From the IMG/VR virus record IMGVR_UViG_3300049027_000115, positions 1 through 54,930 of that record: 54,930 bases of DNA; one strand, 5' to 3'. Shown here piece after piece: positions 45,494 through 54,930 of the stretch (position 1 is its first letter; each line of letters starts with the position of its first letter). A program made the position numbers and the translations under genes. Under the pieces are notes generated by a model. That model was given only the letters and a program-made list of their open reading frames with translations, was not told the DNA's origin and did not search any database. Source of the stretch: a virus (Duplodnaviria; Caudoviricetes).

Positions 45494-47701
45494 ATGTGCA
45501 GAGAAAATGAACTCTACAAAGTAGAGATAAAAGCTCCGGGGATCAATTACACCAGTTATCCTGTAGATGAAGATGATATTAAGATCATCGAGCATATTGT
45601 TGATAAAATAAAAAGAGATGCAAGCAAGTCTGCTGAGAAAGACGAATCAGGATGGAAGCTCATCCAAAAGGAACCACCGAGATGGCCTTTAGTGATTCCA
45701 GTTTTGGAGTTCTGGGATTCGGTACAAGGTAGAACCTTTTCATTACGAGAGAATGAACTTAGCCCTGAAGAATGGCCGAAGGAGTTAACGCATTGGAGAT
45801 TCATGATCGGACCTCCGCTCGATTTTTAGAACCGAATTTAATCATCAACTTATATTGACACATGGCAGAATTAACGACAGTACCAATGTTTGTCTTTTAC
45901 CAGGGCGACCCATGGGCAGAGGAAACGCCAAGCGAATACCCAATTGAAGTGAAGTATTATAATGGAACCATTTCACTGGAACAAGACGGCAATACAATCA
46001 ATATCAATACGGATTTTTTTGAAAAGTTATTTAAAGAGATCAGGAAGCATAAACCAGCAGCAGAAGCAGAACTGAATAAATAGCATCCAAACTATCACAA
46101 AATCATTCAAAATCGGTGTATGTCAAAAACGAAACTTACTTACCGGCAGTTAGCTGAAGCAATTGCTAACATGCCTGAAGAACTGAAAGAAAGGCAAGTT
46201 ATTACATGGCCATCGGACGATTCTGAAAAGGGCCACAGCGTCACAGAAGCTGAAGTTCTAAAAGAAAACTATCGCTTTGATGGTGATGAAGGGTGCATTG
46301 AAGAGAGCATACTGAAGGAGACTTATGATGATTGGAACGACGAAGACAATTATATCATTCATCCGAAAGGCATGCTTATTCTCATCACTGAATAACAATC
46401 TCCCCGAACGCTATAGCACAGGTAGCGATGTGCCGGGGTCAAAACTGAATACATGAGCTTACTCGCACAGACAATACTAAACGACCATCTCCGCCGCGCC
46501 GGTGATCAGGAGCAACTTCCTTTCATCATTGCCGCAATGGTTGAATACGAAGCAAAGAGGAACAGAACTATCGTGAACTACCTGCGGGCAGTGGATAAGA
46601 TCGCCATCCCGCCAACGCAAGAAGGCAAGGAGGAACTGCTGCAAACATTCAAGGAGAAGGCAGCGGAGCTGTTAACCAATTACCAGGAAGAAGCAGATCC
46701 TGCACAACCTCTGGTAGATGCACTGAAGGAGGCAAAGAATTATATCGAATGGTTGGAGGCAAATTCTATTCATGAAGTTCATGTTGATTTAAAAGTGGCG
46801 GCAAGTAGAAGTGTAGATATCTCCCGTTCATTAACATCCATTATCACTTCCTATCCATCTATAGAAGGAGACACAAATAAATCAGAACTATGACTAACGA
46901 GGAGGCATACGAGTTATTTGTAAAATATAATACTGAAGATTCGATTCAAACGACAATGAGAATGATACATACAGTAGGGGTTGACGGAACACTAAAACAA
47001 TTGGAGCATGTGTTCAAAGAAATGGAGCGCAAAGATATGCCTGAAGATTACCGGGAATGGCTCACTCAGTCACTTACTTATCTGGCTAATAAAATATCCA
47101 ACCCACTTAATTAGGAACTATGAAGCAGGCTGTATTAACATTCGAGAAAAAGCGCGTTTTGCTGGTGGAACTTCCGGAAGGAGCATACGGAGTTTGTCAA
47201 ACTCACATCTACCACGGAGTAGATCCGATTACTTTTCATATCGAAGGGGAGGGGGACAAGTGCTATCATTTTAAGGTTGACGGATTCGTGGATGTGATCG
47301 GCAAGCTATCTGAACTCACAGAAGAGCAGGCCCGGGATATCGTAGAGAATTGGGAGCGTCATTTCCCGGAACAGCATACCGTATACAGGAACTACGAAAA
47401 GCCTGTAGAGTACGACGCGATCAAGCGAAGCTCCGAACAGAAGTGGGATGAACCGTTCGGGAAGGCTGTAGAATCCTTTCTATCCAAGATCAAAGCAGAA
47501 GGATTATTCTTAATCAACCCCTTCAAGAAAACAAAGGTAACAGTTAAAGGAAGCCTGAAAGACAAAGAACAGTTTAGCTCGATGTGGAAGGCAAGAAGGG
47601 AGCAAGCCGAAGCCCGAACTTTCTCACCCTCCCGTACCTGGGTATTCACTATTAAACCTACTCCTACAGAAGGAGAACAGGAGAAAAACACTGAAGCATG
47701 A
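45494..47701 (+). other. Run of hypothetical genes (45494-45829, 45862-46083, 46120-46395, 46453-46893, 46890-47114, 47120-47701)
   Basis: Co-oriented, closely packed ORFs with AT-rich leaders; no recognised family. Confidence 0.65.
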
Positions 47702-48075
47702 CAGAGCCTAAGAAGTTAATACAAACACGAGTGCACACAGATACCCAAAAAGGGAACTGCTTTCCAGCAGTGATCGCCTGTATAATGGGATTGGATAGTG
47801 CTGAGGATGCGATTCAAATCCAAGAGTATTACGAATCAGGAAACTGGGCGTGGCCGTTAATGCAATGGTTGGAAGAACGCGGTTGGGAATGGGGTAATTT
47901 GAATGATCACCAGTACGACGATTCTTTCTATCTGTGTAGTGGAAAGTCTGTGCGTGGTGTTGATCATGTTTGTATTTATCAGAATGGCAAGCTCTGGCAT
48001 GATCCGCATCCATCTGGCGCAGGACTGGTTGACGAAAGTTATTTTGAATATTTAATACCCATCAAAGCCATCTAA
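47698..48075 (+). CDS. Small papain-like (C39-like) Cys-His-Asp protein, putative
   Basis: GNCFPAVIA..HVCIY..HDPHP. Confidence 0.5.
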   Translation: MTEPKKLIQTRVHTDTQKGNCFPAVIACIMGLDSAEDAIQIQEYYESGNWAWPLMQWLEERGWEWGNLNDHQYDDSFYLCSGKSVRGVDHVCIYQNGKLWHDPHPSGAGLVDESYFEYLIPIKAI

Positions 48076-48093
48076 GCAAAAGGAGTAAGTATT

Positions 48094-48462
48094 ATGACAA
48101 TACAAGAAAGCAATAAGCTTATAGCAGAGTTTGAAGGACGATTATTTTACGGCCATCCCATATCAGGCTTTGGTGGTAATACCGGAAATGCTCTCCCTCA
48201 AATGAAGTATCACACTTCATGGGATTGGCTAATGCCGGTTATCGAGAAAATTAGTCAACATAAGTGGGAGCCAGATGAAGACTATTCTACCTACGTGTAT
48301 CCAGTGACATTTGGAATGAGGCGAGAAAGTGATGGGCAGTATATGTTCCGGTTCGTGTGCTCTGGGTTATTTATAGAGCCGAAGCTAATAGACGCAGCTT
48401 ACAAAGCAGTTGTTGATTGGATTCAATGGCACAATGAAACAAAGGCAATCCATACTAAGTAA
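48094..48462 (+). CDS. Conserved-looking phage hypothetical protein
   Basis: NKLIAEF..YHTSWDWLMPVIEKI pattern. Confidence 0.7.
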   Translation: MTIQESNKLIAEFEGRLFYGHPISGFGGNTGNALPQMKYHTSWDWLMPVIEKISQHKWEPDEDYSTYVYPVTFGMRRESDGQYMFRFVCSGLFIEPKLIDAAYKAVVDWIQWHNETKAIHTK

Positions 48463-48475
48463 ACCACCAGTAACC

Positions 48476-48607
48476 ATGAGTGAGATTGAGATTGTAGTTT
48501 TCATCGGGGTGGTCTTCGTTGCTATACTCGCATTTTGGTTAGGTTATATGGCAGGAAATGAGGCAGCACATTACGATCGAGACAAAGAAGATCAATTATT
48601 CAAGTAA
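48476..48607 (+). CDS. Small single-TM protein
   Basis: MSEIEIVVFIGVVFVAILAFWLGY. Confidence 0.55.
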   Translation: MSEIEIVVFIGVVFVAILAFWLGYMAGNEAAHYDRDKEDQLFK

Positions 48608-48614
48608 ACCTATT

Positions 48615-49007
48615 ATGAGCAACGAAATCATTTTATTGTTTGTGCTTCTTTTTACCTGCCACTGGTTAGCAGATTACACACCTCTATCTACTCCAAAGAT
48701 GCTGAAGGCAAAATCAACAGGAGGGCCGCTGTATTGGATATTTCTGCATGGGGCTGTTCACGGCGTTTTAATGTCATCGGTTGTTGCACTCTTTGTATCT
48801 GATCCGTGGATGATAGGCGCTGTGTTCGCCACGCAGACACTTCTTCATTATTTCATTGATCTTGGTAAGGCAATGTTTGGAATGGTATTCCCTTCCGTGA
48901 AGGATTCAACAAAATACTTCCACTGGATAATATTTGGATTTGACCAACTGCTTCATAATCTCGTAATACTCGCTATTGTTAAACTCGTTTCAAAAAGTAT
49001 CATATGA
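48615..49007 (+). CDS. DUF3307-like membrane protein
   Basis: HWLADY, LHGAVHG, HYFID and GFDQLLH motifs. Confidence 0.8.
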   Translation: MSNEIILLFVLLFTCHWLADYTPLSTPKMLKAKSTGGPLYWIFLHGAVHGVLMSSVVALFVSDPWMIGAVFATQTLLHYFIDLGKAMFGMVFPSVKDSTKYFHWIIFGFDQLLHNLVILAIVKLVSKSII

Positions 49008-49484
49008 CCTTACAAGAAATAAAAGACCAGTACGCCAGAGAGAAGGGGTACGATAACTGGGATTCTTTAATTAGAAACACTTTTGATAGAAACTATCCGG
49101 GTCCAGATACTCGATTGATAGATCAGTATTATACTGAAGCCAATGCTCGCTACACCACCGCCTGCTGCAAGGCTACACTGGAAAAAGCGGCACAGAACAT
49201 TGATCACTTCCCGGAAATAGACATGGAAATAATTTTCAAAGAAAGCATAGTAATTTTCTAAGCTAATTAATACTAAAGACTATATGCCAAATATTGAAAC
49301 ACCTGATGAGCTGGCTGATGAAATCCTTAACTGGGTCGGCTGCTTTGGTTGTTGTCCAGCAGAAGAAAACGGACAAGATACATGCGAGAATAAAAACCCT
49401 TTCTGCTGTCGTGTTGGTGCTATGACATGGCTACCGGATAGGATCAGGGCGTCCGTTGAAAATGAAAAGAAATTAAATCAATAA
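49004..49484 (+). other. Two hypothetical genes (49004-49261; Cys-rich 49284-49484)
   Basis: ORF track; co-oriented. Confidence 0.6.
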
Positions 49485-49505
49485 CCCCCTACTCAAGTAC
49501 ATACT

Positions 49506-51134
49506 ATGCAACAATACAGAAAGAAACCGGGAGTTGTTCATGCTCATCAATGGGATGGCTTCACAAATAAGTTGCCATCATGGGGGATAGACGCATTGAA
49601 TAATAACCAGATTTGGCAAATTGGTCAGTGCCTTGATATTCAAACGATCTATGGCACCTTTTCTATCTATCCCGGAGATTACATCTTGCTGAATGAAAAA
49701 AATGAATTAGGTGCTTATAGACAAGAAAAATTTAATGATGACTATGAGCCTGTATCTGCTCCATCTGTGCCATCAACCGTACAGGAACTTGCTATTGAAT
49801 ACGCCGAGTGTTACAAGAATGAACATCAGCAATTGATTGCTAAGAATGCTTACGTTGATGGCTTCACTTCAGCGCAACATTTATCGGCAGCATCTTCTCA
49901 GCTATCAGTACAGCAGGACAATCCCGTTGATCTTATGTGCATGGTATGTGGGAAGAATTTCAAAGGAGAACTGCCGAAGGTGTGTTGTAGTGGTCAGGAC
50001 TGCGGATGTATGGGCCAGCCGGTCGATCCCGTAGTATGCTCAAGGGAATGTTACGACAATCTTCCACATAACCGCTGCAAAGCTGAATCAGTACAGCAGG
50101 AGAACTACAAGCCGGAAGAGTTCCGGGAAGCATTATCTGAAGCACAAAAACATTTCCAGAGCGAAGGAGGGTCAGTACAGCAGGAGCCAGAAAATAAGGC
50201 ATTCAAAAAAGGAGATAGCGTTCTTTCCAGGTCAGCACATAATTCCGAGAAAGTGGGTGAGGTGTGGAAGGTTTCGGATTACGGCGTACACGTTCGTTAT
50301 GGTAAAGGGGATAATGCTTCATTTGAGGTGTTTCACTTCAACCCCCACCATCATACACAAACCCCAATCACGCTCTTAGAGAATATTGAAGCACAGGATA
50401 CGGATGTACAGCAGGAGAGCGACAAGGACAGAAAATTATTAAAAGAGTGGGCCACTATTTTCGAACCAATTTTCAAGTACGCGAATAAGCATCCAGACTG
50501 CCGACTTGGTAGCAGTGTAACAGAATTTGTAGTAGAGCAGGCGAAGAAGTATGACCAACTGAAGGCGGTGCAGAGCGAAGGAGGGTTACAGTGGGTGAAG
50601 GGCGGATACGATAAGTTATACCGGCAGGTGAAGTCAGGCATTGAAACTCCGTGCATGGTAGATTATCATCCACGAAAGGAGGAAACAGTATACAGAGATA
50701 TATGCAGTATCAAGTATCCATGGTTAGAACTCAGGTGTAGAGGTACAGGATATGGCGAGGTAAAAGATTTTCTCTTTTGGGACAAAGATCTGACAGAAGA
50801 GCAGGCGTTTATTAAACTGTGTGAGCATCGAAATGTAGAGTGGATTTGTTTCGCCTCTCCCTCTACAGCAAATACAGAGGAAGGAGCAGAACAGATAGCA
50901 CGAGATCCAGATCAGCAATACACATACTATCAGTTGGATTTTAATCTGTGCCCTTCAATAAATGCAGACTACACTATCTGCGAAACATACGAAGAGGTTA
51001 TTGTTGAACTGCGTGCTGTTGATATTGATTTGGATGATCCAACCAGTAATGCATCTGTCACCATTACTGGAATCGGTATGACGCCGAATGAATTCAAAGA
51101 ATGGCAGATTGATAACGGTATTATTCCTCACTGA
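49506..51134 (+). CDS. Mosaic multi-module hypothetical protein with repeated SVQQE/QSEGG linkers
   Basis: YRKKP N-terminal module and Cys-rich CCSGQDCGCMG module separated by repeated DNA linkers. Confidence 0.75.
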   Translation: MQQYRKKPGVVHAHQWDGFTNKLPSWGIDALNNNQIWQIGQCLDIQTIYGTFSIYPGDYILLNEKNELGAYRQEKFNDDYEPVSAPSVPSTVQELAIEYAECYKNEHQQLIAKNAYVDGFTSAQHLSAASSQLSVQQDNPVDLMCMVCGKNFKGELPKVCCSGQDCGCMGQPVDPVVCSRECYDNLPHNRCKAESVQQENYKPEEFREALSEAQKHFQSEGGSVQQEPENKAFKKGDSVLSRSAHNSEKVGEVWKVSDYGVHVRYGKGDNASFEVFHFNPHHHTQTPITLLENIEAQDTDVQQESDKDRKLLKEWATIFEPIFKYANKHPDCRLGSSVTEFVVEQAKKYDQLKAVQSEGGLQWVKGGYDKLYRQVKSGIETPCMVDYHPRKEETVYRDICSIKYPWLELRCRGTGYGEVKDFLFWDKDLTEEQAFIKLCEHRNVEWICFASPSTANTEEGAEQIARDPDQQYTYYQLDFNLCPSINADYTICETYEEVIVELRAVDIDLDDPTSNASVTITGIGMTPNEFKEWQIDNGIIPH

Positions 51135-51153
51135 ATACAACAAACAATAAAGA

Positions 51154-51483
51154 ATGTCACGCGCTTCTGATCAGTTGGCTTACGAATACATGCTTTGGAG
51201 AGCAGGAGCATTTGATAAGGTTAAAAACAAAACAATGAAAAAGAAAGTAATCCAAGTTTGCAATTCAGGATGTGAGCAGAAACACTTCACCGCTAAAGTT
51301 GGGAATAAATCTACAACCTTCTGCTGTCAAAAAGGGTTTGAATTATCCTTGAAAGAGTTTTCTAAATCAGTTAAGCAGTTATCTTCAAGACCGCCGAACT
51401 CTACGAACTATTCGACCCCAAATATAATAAACAACAATAACCATGACAAAGAAGCTGAGGGAGGAAGTAAGGCAGAAGTATAA
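51154..51483 (+). CDS. Hypothetical protein
   Basis: ORF track; 3' end overlaps the HNH gene. Confidence 0.45.
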   Translation: MSRASDQLAYEYMLWRAGAFDKVKNKTMKKKVIQVCNSGCEQKHFTAKVGNKSTTFCCQKGFELSLKEFSKSVKQLSSRPPNSTNYSTPNIINNNNHDKEAEGGSKAEV

Positions 51484-51838
51484 CGGTCTGTGCGGGTACA
51501 CTGGTAAACCTTTGGATGAAAAGTGGCAGGTCGATCATATTATTCCTAAAAGCCATCACATGTGGTATCAGCCAACAACAACCAAGCCTGATGATTTGAT
51601 GAACCTTCTTCCTGCGCTTCGGATTGTCAATCATTACAAGCGATGCCGTGATCTGGAAGCATGGAGGGAATTCTTGCTAACGCTTCACGAAAGATTAAAA
51701 CGTCTTCCGAAGAATCCGACTGTTCAGAAATCAATCCGGCATAAAGAATACCTGCTGGAAGTCGCCGATGCTTTTGGGATTACTATCACAACTCCTTTCA
51801 CCGGCAAGTTCTATTTTGAAACAACAATAACTAAGTAG
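51443..51838 (+). CDS. HNH endonuclease-like protein
   Basis: CGYTG..WQVDHIIP..NLLPA..NHYK. Confidence 0.8.
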   Translation: MTKKLREEVRQKYNGLCGYTGKPLDEKWQVDHIIPKSHHMWYQPTTTKPDDLMNLLPALRIVNHYKRCRDLEAWREFLLTLHERLKRLPKNPTVQKSIRHKEYLLEVADAFGITITTPFTGKFYFETTITK

Positions 51839-51840
51839 CT

Positions 51841-52740
51841 ATGGAGGACCGCCAACAGAAGTACTGGGAAATTTCAGGGATATTGGATATGTGGGACTGG
51901 AATCGAAAAGAAAAGCCTGAACTCACAAAGCACGAATTCATTAACAAATATCTGGATAATAAGCAAGCTGAGGAAGATTGCTACCGGGGATTGATCGAGT
52001 ATGAGAATGAATGCGCCAGAAAGAACCAACGAGTCCTGAGAGCTATTAAGTCGGTAAAAGGTATAGCGTTCTACAAGCATATTCTCGCCATCATTAAAGA
52101 AAGCGAAGGTATCCGGGATGTTGCGGAAATAGTCCGGGAGCCAATCGGCACTTTTCAGAAAGAACAATACGGCAGATCAATAAAAGGTATTTGGGTGAAT
52201 CAAACAACTGATGGTGGTTATTTGGGAGACTCTTATGCTGGCACCATCTGCATTGAGTTAAAGCCGGGGCGATACCTGAAGTTTCACTACGCAATGTAAT
52301 TCCCCTCACATAACTAAAAACAAACAGTAACAATGCTAACAATCGAACAACTCCTGCGCCCCAGGTACAAGATAATAGCGGACTATCCGGGGAACCCTTA
52401 TGAGATCGGTAGAATCATTTCATTCGACCGGCAACGAATGATTATTATGGAAACAGAAAGCTGCGTTCTCCTGGCACCAGTAGAAGGGTTCGATAGTTAC
52501 CCTCACCTCTTCGAGCTGGCTCACTGGTCCGAAGGCCGCACGAAAGAAGAGTTTCCTGAGTACGTCGCCTTTGCTCCGAAATTCAAAGCAGAAGAGATTT
52601 ATAAGGTCGAACAACTCCACACAACAGAGAAAGGCTTCGTTCAATCTATTCTCTGCGAGGGAGAGATCGTTCCTTACTCGCCAGGCATCTACCACCGCCC
52701 CGCTACTCAGGAAGAGTACGAAGCATACAAAAAAAGGTGA
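51841..52740 (+). other. Two hypothetical genes (51841-52299, 52333-52740)
   Basis: ORF track; PRYKIIADYP motif in the second. Confidence 0.65.
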
Positions 52741-52771
52741 AACAATACGTTCCACGGGAAATGAAAACGAC

Positions 52772-53206
52772 ATGACCTACATCGAAGAATACATTCTGAA
52801 ACACTGGAAGAGCAACACTGTAGCCATGATGGCGGACCAGTTGAACCTCACGCCGGCAATCGTTCGCAATGCAGCGAAGAAAATGGGCATCGATCCCATC
52901 AGCCCGAAAGATTTGAAAGTAGCTTTCATCCTGGATAACTACGAACGTTTATCGCAAGAGGAAATGGCCGAGTGTCTGGAATGCACAAAATCTACAGTAG
53001 GAGATCTTCTAGACGAATACGGGCTGAGGGCAAAGTCCAGGATGAAAGGAGAAACCCCTTTGCCCGCCATCAAGGTGAGCCCGGCACTGACCGAGTATCT
53101 GCAGGAGATCAGCCCGAAACCAACAAACAAAAAAAGACCACCAGCAATTTACAATCAATCTGGCAGTCCTTACGGGATAGCCGATGAAATCAAACAACAA
53201 TCATGA
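52772..53206 (+). CDS. Tandem-HTH protein
   Basis: TVAMMADQLNLTPAIV and SQEEMAECLECTKSTV; start ATG 52772. Confidence 0.7.
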   Translation: MTYIEEYILKHWKSNTVAMMADQLNLTPAIVRNAAKKMGIDPISPKDLKVAFILDNYERLSQEEMAECLECTKSTVGDLLDEYGLRAKSRMKGETPLPAIKVSPALTEYLQEISPKPTNKKRPPAIYNQSGSPYGIADEIKQQS

Positions 53207-53586
53207 AATATATCATCTGCTTCTTAATCGCCTTCGGTGCTGCCTGTGTCTCCACAAAGAAGTACCACAGGACCGCGCAAACGATCGTGGACTTCGCGCA
53301 GGCAACCATCGATAGTGCCCAAACACCGGCTACAAACGCATCTGTGGTTATTGCGCGAGCAGATACAATGCTTCCAGCAGTTGCTTCCTGCCGGCACATC
53401 TGGGTAGCAGTAGAGAAGGACACTGTCGTTTACGGATTGACCACCAGTTGCGAGATGCCTCGAAAGAATCTTATCTGCCTTAGATGTTTCAAACAGAAAG
53501 AGCAGGTGGTAGCCATCGGCCAGGCAACCTGGTTACATTACCCAAATGCTCTCGTTCCAAGAACCTCACCAAAAAAGAAGCCATGA
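53203..53586 (+). CDS. Putative lipoprotein
   Basis: MKYIICFLIAFGAA|C lipobox; DSA, DTM and DTV sequons. Confidence 0.6.
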   Translation: MKYIICFLIAFGAACVSTKKYHRTAQTIVDFAQATIDSAQTPATNASVVIARADTMLPAVASCRHIWVAVEKDTVVYGLTTSCEMPRKNLICLRCFKQKEQVVAIGQATWLHYPNALVPRTSPKKKP

Positions 53587-53770
53587 AGTACATCCTGCTC
53601 CTTACCTGGTTCTTCTTCTCATAAACTTTCAATCCGGTTTGAACGAAAAGTGATTTTTGGATTTATCCTTTTTCATATCTTTGTATCCCACCTCTTCACA
53701 GGTTTCCAGCAGCCTCACTCATTGGCGTGCTGGTTTTCCTTTTCTCACTCTCATTCTAAATCCTACAAAG

Positions 53771-53980
53771 ATGACCAAAGAAGAGTCCAACCTTTTAATT
53801 ATCAAACTACTTGCTGAAGGGAAAGTACAAAAAGAAATTGCTGAAGAACTGGGCCTGACTTACGATACAGTAGTTGACAGGATATACAAAATGAAAAAGG
53901 AAAAGAAGTGTGCCACTCAAACCCAGCTTGTCGTAACAGTAATCAGAGAAAATATTTTGTCATTTCGGGGATTGCCGTAG
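53771..53980 (+). CDS. LuxR/GerE-type HTH protein
   Basis: LLAEGKVQKEIAEELGLTYDTV; TATCTTTG promoter at 53676. Confidence 0.85.
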   Translation: MTKEESNLLIIKLLAEGKVQKEIAEELGLTYDTVVDRIYKMKKEKKCATQTQLVVTVIRENILSFRGLP

Positions 53981-53989
53981 CTTCGGCAG

Positions 53990-54229
53990 ATGCCAAAACA
54001 GATATTACTTTCCGGAGGTCCAAAAGATGGCCTGATCGTGGAAGTTGCTGATGAAAAATTGCGCTACTATATCATACGGGCATTGAAACCCGGCGCCATG
54101 ATTTTGATCGGCATGGAGATCGGCACATATCTGACCACTGGAGAATTTACAAACAATCATGAGCTCTTCACGTGGAAAGGATGGGAGAGCGAAAATAATA
54201 AAAACCCAGAGGACGAGAATGCGCCTTAA
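53990..54229 (+). CDS. Hypothetical protein
   Basis: GGPKDG N-terminal motif. Confidence 0.6.
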   Translation: MPKQILLSGGPKDGLIVEVADEKLRYYIIRALKPGAMILIGMEIGTYLTTGEFTNNHELFTWKGWESENNKNPEDENAP

Positions 54230-54326
54230 TGTAAAAGTCTGAAAGTCAGAAATGGCAAAGGTCACGGCATGGCGCTGATGCCGGAGGAGGCCGTATCGCG
54301 GAGTTAGAATCCCGCCTGGGTTTTTT
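54200..54326 (+). ncRNA. Candidate tRNA-like structured RNA
   Basis: Closing stem AAAAACCCAG/CTGGGTTTTT directly adjacent to T-arm-like GCGGAG-TTAGAAT-CCCGC; internal hairpins. Confidence 0.35.
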
Positions 54327-54345
54327 AAATACACGTAATAGACGC

Positions 54346-54771
54346 ATGTATCGCTACGAAGAAAACAAAGAGTACTATGATTCCCTCCGTCGCCAAACGG
54401 ACGAGTTTCGCCGATCCCTCAAAATAGATATCAATCGGCAGCTAAAGGCCGATGCTGAATCCAATGACCAAGTAGTTCGCGACAAGGCAAACACTCTCCT
54501 CCAGGCAATCGAAACGAATACTCCCTGCATATTGTATCAAGATCACGAGCGTGGCGCTGTCATTTTGCCAAAGCTCCGGTTGATCGTGAAAATGTTTCCA
54601 GGAAAAAGATTCACTACTCATCTTTGTACTCCACAAGAATTCCAAAACCACGTGAAGGCGCTGTATGTGATTTATCCCTCCATTGACTATGCGCCAAATC
54701 AGCTTGTGCGTTCTGCACTCACGATCGCGCTTTCAAAGCTTTCTATACTCCCATCTGTTGAAAATAAATAG
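54346..54771 (+). CDS. Hypothetical protein
   Basis: 141-aa ORF upstream of terS. Confidence 0.65.
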   Translation: MYRYEENKEYYDSLRRQTDEFRRSLKIDINRQLKADAESNDQVVRDKANTLLQAIETNTPCILYQDHERGAVILPKLRLIVKMFPGKRFTTHLCTPQEFQNHVKALYVIYPSIDYAPNQLVRSALTIALSKLSILPSVENK

Positions 54772-54838
54772 ACTCCCAAGTAACGGTTCCGAACAAATGG
54801 GACCGTCCATTAACAAATAATCTTCTCAATTTTATTTC

Positions 54839-54875
54839 CCGAAAGCACTGAGTGAAAAAAGTGTTTTCGGTTTTT
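54839..54875 (+). terminator. Terminator-like hairpin immediately before terS
   Basis: CCGAAAGCACT/AGTGTTTTCGG stem plus TTTTT. Confidence 0.6.
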
Positions 54876-54880
54876 CATTT

Positions 54881-54930
54881 ATGGCCGAACTGACCGGAAA
54901 GCAGCAAAGATTCTGTGAAGAGTACCTGAT
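54881..54930 (+). CDS. terS: Terminase small subunit, N-terminal part
   Basis: MAELTGKQQRFCEEYL, the canonical TerS start. Confidence 0.9.
   Translation, partial: MAELTGKQQRFCEEYL

Noticed and set aside
52725-52740. Frameshift joining 52333-52740 to the next ORF at an A7 run
   Set aside because: Phase does not fit X XXY YYZ, and the next gene has its own ATG at 52772
54200-54326. Canonical tRNA gene
   Set aside because: Too long, no proper D or anticodon arms, altered T-loop, no CCA; kept only as a tRNA-like candidate

Overview
The window is an almost complete, circularly permuted genome of a temperate HK97-type siphophage. The terminase small subunit is split across the two ends, with roughly 34 nt apparently missing at the junction. 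The host is inferred to be Bacteroidota, probably Chitinophagaceae-like, from TAnnTTTG -7 promoters, AT/C-rich leaders without Shine-Dalgarno sites and a Bacteroidota-type DnaB N-terminus. Gene order is: packaging/head (1-6.8 kb); a cassette of four glycosyltransferases plus a methyltransferase between capsid and head-tail connector (6.8-11.1 kb); tail genes with a -1 frameshifted chaperone (11-23.5 kb); esterase and lysis genes (23.5-26.1 kb); an accessory region with small-RNA-like units and two decayed genes (26.1-29.7 kb); large serine integrase; exported morons; a CI/Cro switch with three tandem operators; then early, recombination, replication, methylase and many small genes. The most striking candidate system concerns glycans. 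The tail-fibre-like 1283-aa SGNH protein has a Sec signal peptide and about 15 Bacteroidota O-glycosylation sequons, and it shares the late region with the glycosyltransferase cassette. A second candidate is an array of hairpin-terminated segments at 35.5-36.0 kb that read as antisense to translation-start regions. All family calls come from motif recognition by eye; no searches were run.
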